Origin: an uncultured Chloroflexia bacterium
GTDB lineage: Bacteria; Chloroflexota; Anaerolineae; Caldilineales; Caldilineaceae
DNA: 64,000 bases
Assembly: GCA_963807905.1 (NCBI GenBank)
Contig: CAWEEJ010000086.1
Location: forward strand, 3,327 to 67,326
Reading direction: 5' to 3'
Both the position numbers and the translations under genes were made by a program. Below the pieces are notes generated by a model. That model was not told where the DNA came from and did no database searches. It was given only the letters and a program-made list of their open reading frames with translations. Numbering within the stretch: position 1 is the first letter of the stretch; every line of letters begins with the position of its first letter. Below, piece by piece: positions 9,476 through 17,299 of this stretch.

Positions 9476-10598
9476 TCAGTTGGAACCGCCGTTATTCATG
9501 GCCGGTGCCAGCTCTGCCGGCAAGCTGTCGGCGATCTCGGTCACGGTAAGCATGCCGCTCACCGGCTCATCCAGGCCCAAACGTCCGATATAGACGTAGT
9601 AGTCGCCGGCCGCCGGAGTTGGAATGTCGATGAGGGGGTTGAGATTGACGCCCGTTTCGGCGTCGTCACTGCACCAGATTTGGCCCTCGGGGCCAAGAAC
9701 GATGAGCGTGGAATCTTGTTCGCTCTCGAAGAAGACGCGCAGGTCATCGGCGTTACCATCTTCGGTAAAGGCAAAGGATGCCACCGTCGGCACAAAGCCG
9801 TTACAGACCAATTCATCCAGTTGAATATCGAATGCAGGGAATTCTCCCTCGGCGCTCAGTTCCGCGGTCAACGTATTCGTCTCTCCGCCGCGTGCGTTCT
9901 TCTCGACATCGCTATTCGCCGCTTCAATGTCGGCACGGGCGCTTGGGCGTAGGGATTCCGCTTCAATATGCGTTTCCGGAATCAGATCGCGCCGGATCAG
10001 TCCCGCCAGGTTAAAGTTTCCAATGTTGATTTCGGGGCGGCCGGTGATGACGAGGATGCCGGGGAAGCGCTGTCCCTCATCAAAGGTCCCGATCCAAACG
10101 TTGTAGACGCCCTGTTCCGGATTCGCCAACTCGATGACCGGGTCGAGCAGTTGCTCATTGGCGTCATCGGCGCAAAGAAACTCGCCGCTTGGCGTCTCTA
10201 CGACCATCACGGGATCATGATCGCTGAGGTAGAAGAACTCGGCAAAATCGGCGTCGCCTTCCCAATCCATGCTCAGGGCGGGCGCTTCGTTGACGTAGCC
10301 GCTACACCCTTCACCCAGTGCGCTGGCGTCGATTGTGCCGCCGCCCTCAATGCTGACCAGGAAGGGGTCCATGGCATAGCCTGCCGCCAAATTCAGGGTG
10401 ATAAAGGCCTCGCCGGCCGCGTCCGTTATCGCTGTGTCCGTTCTGTTGCCTCGTCGTCTGCCTCGTGTCCGCCGCTTCTTCTTCGGCGACGGGCGTGGGC
10501 GTGGCGTCATCGCTGCCCGAGTCGGACTGAGCCGCGACGGTTGATGCCAAGAGCACCGCCAGCGCGAGCACAGCCAAAAGGGTCATCAATCGTTTCAT
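9476..10598 (-). pseudogene. Secreted protein with two tandem ~140-aa beta-sandwich (pre-peptidase C-terminal-like) repeats; one frame break
   Basis: Signal peptide MKRLMTLLAVLALAVLLASTVAAQ with an AGGAGAA RBS (start 10598) is in one frame. The body (TDTAITDAAGEAFITLNLAAGYAMDP...) is in another. The switch lies within 10440-10470. The ORF-track span 9476..10616 is 1141 nt (3n+1). Internal repeat GVYNVWIGTFDEG..GILVITG / GDYYVYIGRLGLDEP.SGMLTVTE. Confidence 0.65.
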
Positions 10599-10693
10599 TG
10601 CACTTCTCCTAAGCATGTTTGCTGATAATCAGCGTAATGGGTTGCGCGTGGTTCATCCACAAAGGGATAGATACTAAACGGCTGGAATACAGC

Positions 10694-12067
10694 TCATGTT
10701 CCTGTTGCTTCTTCCGGCAATTCGGCTTTCAGGGCCTGAATTGTCTCGGGGAGCGATGGCTTGTCGTAAGGCTCGCCCAGCAACATCGCTCGACGCTCGC
10801 GCAGGCGTTGAATTACAAGGTTGAGATGCAGGCGCAAGTTGTAGAAACTGTCGAGATAGAGTAACGGGACACGGAAGTTTTCGGTCAACTGCTGCTGCAT
10901 GCCTTCCAAATAGGCCAATTTTTCATCAATCTCTTCCACGCTGTAGCTGTCGATCTCCTGCTCGATCTGGCGCACCGTCTTGTAGGATTGGGCGATGCGA
11001 AAACGGACGACAAATTGCACCATGAGCGGTGCGCTGCGGAAAAACGGATAGAAAAGCAACAGAGCCGGCAAGATTAGAAAAACGACACGCTCCAACCGCG
11101 TTGCCAGCCAGAAGGGCAGGAATCGCTCCAGCCCGGTTGGCCCGGTTTCCAGGTACTTCGCGGCGTCGGCGCTCATGGGAATTTCGATATATTCAGTGCT
11201 TGGGAACTGACCGGGCGCTTCGAAGAGACCGCCCTGCGTATGGACGTCAATGGCGGCCGCCAAGAGCAAACGCGCCAGGTCAGGGTGAAAGCTCTCGCCA
11301 GAAACCAGCACGGCAGCAGAGGAGATTAGATTGACGTCTTCGTCCGGTACATTGTTGCGCAGGTCGATCGCGCCTTCGCCCAACGTGAGCGAAGCGATGC
11401 CAGGATAGCGACTCGTATACGCTTCCTGGCGGCGGATGCCAAAGATGCCCAGATTTGTATCGTTAAGCAACTCATTGATCAAGGGCGCTTCGGGCGAGGA
11501 GACGAGGATGACGACATCCAATTCGCCGTCGACGAGCTGTTGAGCCTGCTCGGATGACGGACCGGTAATCAGCTGTGTATTCTCTTCTGTGATGCCATTT
11601 TCGTTCAGCAGGAACATTGCTGCCTGATTGGTGCCACTGCCATCTTCACCGACGCCAATGCGTACGCCGGCCAGTTCCGGCAGGATCGCCGGCGCTTCGT
11701 AATTCGTGCGGTTGTAGAAGATCCAAAGGGGTTCGTAGAAAACGCTGGCCAAACTGTGCAGGGTCGAGATGTCGATGCCGGCCGCGGTGCCAGACTGGAC
11801 AAAGCCTACATCGACTTCGCCGCTGTTGAGCAGCTCCAACGTCTCTACCGAGCCGGCAGTGGGGCGGATGTTTAACGTGTAGCCATCCTCGGCGACAAAG
11901 TCCCGGTACTGGGTGGCGAATTCGTAGTATGCGCCTCCCTCACGACCCGTGGCAATGGTAAATTCCTGCGGCGGTCGTGATTGTATGAAGCCAAAGATCA
12001 GATAGATCAAGGCCCCAATCAGTATGGCACCAAGCGCCCAAAGCGAATATTTGCGGAGATTTTGCAT
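10694..12067 (-). CDS. TAXI-family (TRAP-associated) solute-binding domain protein with N- and C-terminal TM segments
   Basis: FTIATGREGGAYYEFATQY..NIRPTAGSVETLELLNSGEVDVGFVQSG matches the TAXI receptor pattern. N-terminal anchor LWALGAILIGALIYLIFGFI. C-terminal hydrophobic segment VVFLILPALLLFYPFF followed by a coiled-coil-like tail. Confidence 0.7.
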   Translation of the reverse strand: MQNLRKYSLWALGAILIGALIYLIFGFIQSRPPQEFTIATGREGGAYYEFATQYRDFVAEDGYTLNIRPTAGSVETLELLNSGEVDVGFVQSGTAAGIDISTLHSLASVFYEPLWIFYNRTNYEAPAILPELAGVRIGVGEDGSGTNQAAMFLLNENGITEENTQLITGPSSEQAQQLVDGELDVVILVSSPEAPLINELLNDTNLGIFGIRRQEAYTSRYPGIASLTLGEGAIDLRNNVPDEDVNLISSAAVLVSGESFHPDLARLLLAAAIDVHTQGGLFEAPGQFPSTEYIEIPMSADAAKYLETGPTGLERFLPFWLATRLERVVFLILPALLLFYPFFRSAPLMVQFVVRFRIAQSYKTVRQIEQEIDSYSVEEIDEKLAYLEGMQQQLTENFRVPLLYLDSFYNLRLHLNLVIQRLRERRAMLLGEPYDKPSLPETIQALKAELPEEATGT

Positions 12068-12195
12068 GTGTTACGGTCTCTCCCGCCACAGGTTGCGGAA
12101 ACTCAATTAGTTCGCTATGTTGTATCATTCTATGCTGGCTTCGACCAAATCTATCGCTCGGAGCCTTGATACTCCATCATGCCAGTATTGCCCTG

Positions 12196-13575
12196 CTATG
12201 CCTGTGACACAGAACCCGTTTCCGCCGGCCTCACGCGCAGTGGCGCGCGGCCAATACCCGGCCAAATGCGTACGATGCCCAATCCGGCGCGGATCGCGAT
12301 CCAGAGCGCCGTAATCGTCCATACCCAAACAAGGGCCGCGGGCGATTCCTGGTTGATCAGGAGCAGCGCGGCCCCGCCGATGAGGCTGGAGAGCACGACC
12401 GCATTGCGCAGATAGCGAAAGTCGCCCGTCCCCCAGTGAACGCCGTCGGTGACAAAGGCCAGGGCGTTGAGCGGTTGTACGAGCGCTGCAATCGGCCAGG
12501 CGCTCTGGAAGAGTCCCAGGGCCATGGTCGGAACGAGCAATTCTGCGATGATTCCTTCGCCCAAGAGCATGGCCGCACCCAGAACGACGCCCAGGACCAG
12601 TCCCCACAGACAGGCGACAGTGGCTACGCGGCGCGCTTGCTCTACTGCACCGCCGCCGATGAAGAAGCCTACGAGACTCTGCGCCGTGATGGCCAATGCA
12701 TCCAATCCGAGCGCTGTGAAAATCCAGAACTGGCGTATAGCCTGGTGCGCGGCCCCTGACTCGGCGCTGATGCTGGTGACGACCCGTGTCGTCAAGAGAA
12801 GGTAAAGGTTGAGCATGGCGGTGCGCACAAACAGGTCGCCGCCCACGCGCAAAAGCTGCCGGCTCTCGCGCAGATCCAGCCCGCGGGGACGGGGAAAGAC
12901 CCGGCGGATGACGAGCAGTCCCCAGATGACCCCCACCCATTGCGCGGCGGCACTTGCCCCGGCCACGCCGGCAATGCCCAGCGCCGGAATCGGTCCTGCC
13001 CCCATGATCAGCAGCGCATCGAGCGCGATGTTGATGGCGTTGATCGTCAGGGCAATCCAGAGCGGCGTGCGCATATCTTGGATGCCGCGTAGCGCGCCAA
13101 AGATCACCAGTAGCGCCAGCACCGCGGGTGCGCCCAGAAGCCGAATCCGCATGTAGAGCGCCGCCTGGTCGGCGACCGCACCGTCGGCGCCCAACAACTG
13201 CGCTGCAGGGCGCATCAGTGGTTGCCCCAGCAGCATCATGCTCGCGCCAATTGCGAGCGCCATGATAAGTGCCAGATAAATCATGCGTGCGGCGCGCACT
13301 GCATCGCTCCGGCCGACGGCCTGGGCTACCTCCGTCTGGGTGCCGATGCCCAGAAAATTGAAGACCCAGAAGATGCTCGACAGCGCCGCGGTGCCGACGC
13401 CCAGTGCGGCCAACGCCTCTGTACCCAGGCGCGCCACAAAGGCCGTGTCTACCAGACCGGTGAGCGGCTCGGCAATTAGTGAAAAGAGCACCGGGATCGA
13501 GAGCGTCAGCATGGTGCGATGGGGGGTGCGGTTGAAAGGGTGACTGCTGATAGCTTGGGGCGATGATGATGACAT
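12196..13575 (-). CDS. MATE-family efflux transporter (DinF-like)
   Basis: 459 aa, about 12 TM. LSIPVLFSLIAEPLTGLVDTAFVARLG..LAALGVG pattern of MATE exporters. Confidence 0.8.
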   Translation of the reverse strand: MSSSSPQAISSHPFNRTPHRTMLTLSIPVLFSLIAEPLTGLVDTAFVARLGTEALAALGVGTAALSSIFWVFNFLGIGTQTEVAQAVGRSDAVRAARMIYLALIMALAIGASMMLLGQPLMRPAAQLLGADGAVADQAALYMRIRLLGAPAVLALLVIFGALRGIQDMRTPLWIALTINAINIALDALLIMGAGPIPALGIAGVAGASAAAQWVGVIWGLLVIRRVFPRPRGLDLRESRQLLRVGGDLFVRTAMLNLYLLLTTRVVTSISAESGAAHQAIRQFWIFTALGLDALAITAQSLVGFFIGGGAVEQARRVATVACLWGLVLGVVLGAAMLLGEGIIAELLVPTMALGLFQSAWPIAALVQPLNALAFVTDGVHWGTGDFRYLRNAVVLSSLIGGAALLLINQESPAALVWVWTITALWIAIRAGLGIVRIWPGIGRAPLRVRPAETGSVSQA

Positions 13576-13611
13576 GGGACAGGTCGTTTCTGGCCGGGTG
13601 AAGCGGCTGCA

Positions 13612-13657
13612 AAGAAAAAACGACGCTGCCCGGTAGCGTTACCGGTACAGCGTCGTT
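13612..13657 (-). terminator. Intrinsic terminator (minus strand)
   Basis: AACGACGCTG / CAGCGTCGTT stem with an inner CCGGTA/TACCGG stem, followed on the minus strand by TTTTTTCTTTG. Confidence 0.7.
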
Positions 13658-13694
13658 GGATTCTACCCTTGTCCAGCGGCGTCAGCCGCCAGGC

Positions 13695-14096
13695 TCAGCT
13701 TTGACCGAATGCAGCGCGGGTGCTGGGCAACAGGCCGAAGATCAAGGCCAGGCCATTGGCGGCCAGCGCCAGCCACATGGAGGTGATCGGCGTGCCGGCC
13801 AGGAGACCCATACCGAGGAAGATTAAGTTGACCACAGCGATCACGACGGCAAAGAGCCAGCCCTGGGCATCAAGCGCCCAGATGCGAGCCGCGGCCCAGA
13901 ACCAGATCGCAGCGACGATGCCCGAGAGCAGGGCGCTAAACCAGCTGCGGTAGACAAATGAGTATTCGCCTAGAGCTGTCGTGATGTTCACGGGCAAGAT
14001 ACCCAGGTAGCGTAGCGTATCGATAACGGCCACAATGCCGGCGATGCCGGCCAAAATGGCGAGCAGGGTGATCCAAATTGTACGTTGACCTGTCAT
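13695..14096 (-). CDS. Small integral membrane protein, function unknown
   Basis: About 4 TM helices. ATG at 14096 lies 7 nt after GAGGAG. The longer ORF start at 14111 is a TTG inside that RBS. Confidence 0.5.
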   Translation of the reverse strand: MTGQRTIWITLLAILAGIAGIVAVIDTLRYLGILPVNITTALGEYSFVYRSWFSALLSGIVAAIWFWAAARIWALDAQGWLFAVVIAVVNLIFLGMGLLAGTPITSMWLALAANGLALIFGLLPSTRAAFGQS

Positions 14097-14247
14097 AGCA
14101 TGACTCCTCAATGGTTTGGTAAAGATAAGTGAATGCTCGGCTCAGTGATTTTGGAAAATGAAACCGAGGGCGCGAAGGCAGCAAGCGTGCTGCCAGTGAC
14201 CAAGTATACTTCAGTGCGGCATGGTGTGCAATTGGAGCAGGCTTTTT

Positions 14248-15699
14248 CTATCGCGCCGATTCGGGCAGATCGATGATGTCGATCCGTCGTGAATCGGTGA
14301 CGCCGAGCGTGCCCGGTCCTTCGACCAGCAGCACGGTCGTGCCCGGCACGACGTTGGCTTCCATCCAGCTCAACACGTAGTCGCGCCAGTGGGTTGGGTC
14401 TTGCGGCAAATGCGTTTCGGCGATGGTGAGGGAATAGACGCCGTAGGTGAAGACCAGGCGCCGGCAGGTGCGTAGATCACGCGTGATGGCTACGACCCAG
14501 ATGGGCAGACGGTAGCGGGCAATGCGTCGTGCAGTTTCACCGCTGAACGAGGGTACGAAGACGATCGAGGCATCCATGCCTTCGGCCAGACGATAGACGC
14601 TGAAGCCAAAGCGGCTGTTGGGGTCGACGCCGTCATGTTGCGTCTCGGTGAGGAGCGAATAGCCCAGGCCAAAGCGGCCTGCATTCGCCGTTTCGGTGGC
14701 GTGGGCAATGCTGGCCATGACGCTCACCGTCGCGACCGGATGCGCGCCAATCGCCGTCTCTCCCGAGAGCATGACGCAGTCGGTTCCGTCCAGGATGGCG
14801 TTGGCGACGTCAGTCACTTCGGCCCGCGTGGGGCGGCGATAGTGGGTCATGGATTCGAGCATTTGAGTGGCTGTGATGACCGGCTTTGCCACCCGGTTGG
14901 CTTGTTCGATGAGGCGCTTTTGCACATTGGGGATTTCCTCGATGGGCGTTTCTACACCCAGATCGCCTCGTGCCACCATGATTCCATCACAGGCGTCCAT
15001 GATGGCGTCAATGTGTTCCAGCGCGCCTGACCGTTCGATCTTGGCCAGAATCATGGGATCATAGCCTAGTTCCGCGGCCGCCGCGCGCACGGCCAGAATG
15101 TCGTGTTCATCCTGGACAAAGGACTGGCTGACCGCATCCAGCTCTTCTTCGGCGGCAAAGGCCAGAAATGCCCGATCCTGTTCCGTGAAGGCTGTAATGC
15201 CGAGGTCAATGCCGGGAAAATTAACGCCTTTGTGGGAGCGCAACTCGCCGCCTACCTCGACGGTGCAATGAACCGCATCGTCTGCGACTTCGTCCACGAT
15301 GAGCTGAATGTAGCCGTCGTTGATGTAGATGCTATCGCCTGGGTTCACGACGCCCGGTAGCTGATCGAAATCCATGGAGACCCGTTCGGCGTTACCGAGG
15401 ATTTCTGATGTTTGCAGCGTAAAGGACTGCCCGGAGACTAGCTCGATGGGTTCGGTTTCCAGGATGCCAATGCGCATCTTGGGGCCGGGCAGATCGCCGA
15501 AGATGGCTACAGGCCGGCCCAAGCTGGCTGACGCTGCACGGACGTTGGCGATGGTCTGACGGTGATCTTCGATGGAACCGTGGGCGAAGTTGATGCGGGC
15601 CACATTCATGCCCGCGTGCATCATCTCGATGAGCGTCGCCACGTCATTGGACGCCGGCCCGATCGTGCAGACAATCTTGGTCTTCTTAAAGCTCAACAT
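14248..15699 (-). CDS. pyk: Pyruvate kinase
   Basis: KKTKIVCTIGPAS...MNVARINFAHGS, MVARGDLGVE and the overall 483-aa architecture. Confidence 0.95.
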   Translation of the reverse strand: MLSFKKTKIVCTIGPASNDVATLIEMMHAGMNVARINFAHGSIEDHRQTIANVRAASASLGRPVAIFGDLPGPKMRIGILETEPIELVSGQSFTLQTSEILGNAERVSMDFDQLPGVVNPGDSIYINDGYIQLIVDEVADDAVHCTVEVGGELRSHKGVNFPGIDLGITAFTEQDRAFLAFAAEEELDAVSQSFVQDEHDILAVRAAAAELGYDPMILAKIERSGALEHIDAIMDACDGIMVARGDLGVETPIEEIPNVQKRLIEQANRVAKPVITATQMLESMTHYRRPTRAEVTDVANAILDGTDCVMLSGETAIGAHPVATVSVMASIAHATETANAGRFGLGYSLLTETQHDGVDPNSRFGFSVYRLAEGMDASIVFVPSFSGETARRIARYRLPIWVVAITRDLRTCRRLVFTYGVYSLTIAETHLPQDPTHWRDYVLSWMEANVVPGTTVLLVEGPGTLGVTDSRRIDIIDLPESAR

Positions 15700-15771
15700 A
15701 TCGCTGTCACCTTATGACTGGGTCGTGATTGGCGTTTGATAAAGCGGCCATCTGTCGACGTACTTCAGCAT

Positions 15772-16255
15772 TTAGGTACTGACAAAATCGGCTCCTCCGG
15801 CGGCCATGTCGCCTGGGGCTTTGCCCTTGAACTGACTCATGAAGAGCGTGTAGTAGAACCCCTCCTTCTCCATGAGCTCGTCGTGGCTGCCCTGCTCAAC
15901 GATCTCGCCGCCGTTGACGACCAGGATTTTGTGGGCCGGGCGGATCGTGCTGAGACGATGCGCAATGACAAAGCTTGTCCGTCCTTGCATGAGTCGCTGC
16001 AGCCCTTCCTGGATGAGCTTCTCTGTGCGTGTGTCGACGTTGCTGGTCGCCTCGTCCAACACAAGCATCTTGGGATTGGCGACCATGGCACGGGCAATGG
16101 TGAGCATCTGGCGTTGGCCCTGGCTCAAATTGGCTCCACGCTCCGTCAACATCGTCTCATAGCCCTGGGGCAGATTCATGATGAATTCGTGGGCATTGGC
16201 CTCCTTAGCGGCCTCAATAACCTCTTCCGTGGGCTGCTCGTCAATGATGTTTTGG
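15772..16255 (-). pseudogene. 3' remnant of an ABC exporter (MsbA/MdlB-type) gene
   Basis: Only the distal nucleotide-binding domain is present: ..[40 protein letters not shown] (signature), [11 protein letters not shown] (Walker B), FVIAHRLST (H-loop). No Walker A and no TM domain. Homology stops near 16255 and upstream DNA is non-coding. Confidence 0.75.
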
Positions 16256-16356
16256 GAACATTTTAGCTGAGTTACAACCGATACGAAAACAAAATCCAGG
16301 CGTTCAGAGCCGCACGTCCGGAAATCAGCATCTGAATAGTTTCTGCAGCGGTCTAC

Positions 16357-16385
16357 TTGACATTTATGACGCGCTGCGTTACACT
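16357..16385 (+). promoter_or_regulatory. Sigma70-type promoter TTGACA-17-TACACT
   Basis: TTGACA at 16357-16362, exact 17-nt spacer, TACACT at 16380-16385. Overlapped and followed by two copies of TGACGCGCTGCGTTA. Confidence 0.6.
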
Positions 16386-16567
16386 GTTTCTGACGCGCTG
16401 CGTTATTGCCAGTCGTCTGAGAATCTCGGGCGGGTGAAGCTGGCGCAGCGCCTATTCTCGCAAACTTGGCGCAGAAGCAGGTGTTTCGGCGACTGCACCA
16501 CAGCGATTGTTCGCAGCTAGACGCTACTTGTTACAATCAGCTACTTGTCACAATAAGGAGTCAATTG

Positions 16568-17215
16568 ATGAGCAATACCATGGATCTTTCGCAACTCAAT
16601 TTACGACCTGTCCAGGAATACCTGGGAGATCTTCGGAAGCAGGTGAGTAATTTGAACGAGACGACACAGGAAACCGTGCGCAGCGGCGTGTCCGGCACCG
16701 TCCATTTCGGCCAGCGCATAGCCCGAACGGGGATTGGCTTTGGCGCCCTGGCCTATGACCAAGCCGCCAATTCGTTTGCGTCCGGCATCGAGTTTGTCGA
16801 AAAGGCAGAGAAGAAGGGCGAAGCGTTGGAGAACACGCTCACCGCCCAACTGGGCGACCGCGTTCACCAGCTTGAGGAGCAGGCCGGTGTAGAGTTGCGC
16901 CGTGTCAGCACGCAGCTCAAGGAAAACCCGGCTGTGACGAACAGCAAGAAAGTCAACGCTCAGCTGGACCGCGTCCTGGCGGTCATTATGCCAAAAAGCA
17001 GCAGTGAAAACGGTGCAAGCACCGGCGCCAATGGTCAGAGCATGGACCCCACGGCCTACGACGCGATGACCGTCTCCGAGCTTAAAGCGCTCTTGAAGGG
17101 CATGAGCGTCGATGAGATGCTTCAGATGCGGACCTATGAAAGCGAACACAAGGGCCGTGTTACGCTGTTACAGGCGATTGATGCTGAAATCAAAGCACGA
17201 TTGGCCGTGGAATAG
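16568..17215 (+). CDS. Hypothetical protein with a helical N-terminal region and a Rho_N/SAP-like C-terminal motif
   Basis: ATG at 16568 lies 7 nt after AAGGAG; the longer TTG-initiated ORF from 16466 is less likely. The C-terminus MTVSELKALLKGMSVDEMLQM resembles Rho-N/SAP-like helix-extended-helix modules. Confidence 0.6.
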   Translation: MSNTMDLSQLNLRPVQEYLGDLRKQVSNLNETTQETVRSGVSGTVHFGQRIARTGIGFGALAYDQAANSFASGIEFVEKAEKKGEALENTLTAQLGDRVHQLEEQAGVELRRVSTQLKENPAVTNSKKVNAQLDRVLAVIMPKSSSENGASTGANGQSMDPTAYDAMTVSELKALLKGMSVDEMLQMRTYESEHKGRVTLLQAIDAEIKARLAVE

Positions 17216-17233
17216 TAACGCTGGCGTTATAAG

Positions 17234-17284
17234 AAAAGGGGGGAAGCTTGCCGCCTCGGCAAGCTTCCCCCCTTTTTGTTTTCG
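17234..17284. terminator. Bidirectional intrinsic terminator
   Basis: AAAA, GGGGGGAAGCTTGCC, 5-nt loop, GGCAAGCTTCCCCCC, TTTTTGTTTT. Lies between convergent genes. Confidence 0.8.
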
Positions 17285-17299
17285 CCAGATTGGCGACGC

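Noticed and set aside
12125-13612. 495-aa minus-strand ORF overlapping the MATE gene.
   Set aside because: It is an alternative frame of the same DNA with Arg/Gly/Ala/Pro-rich, low-complexity composition typical of off-frame GC-rich sequence. The 12196..13575 frame gives a coherent 12-TM MATE protein.
16466-16567. The TTG-initiated 5' extension of the 16568..17215 ORF.
   Set aside because: A strong AAGGAG RBS sits 7 nt before the ATG at 16568, and the extension overlaps operator-like repeats. The shorter CDS is preferred.
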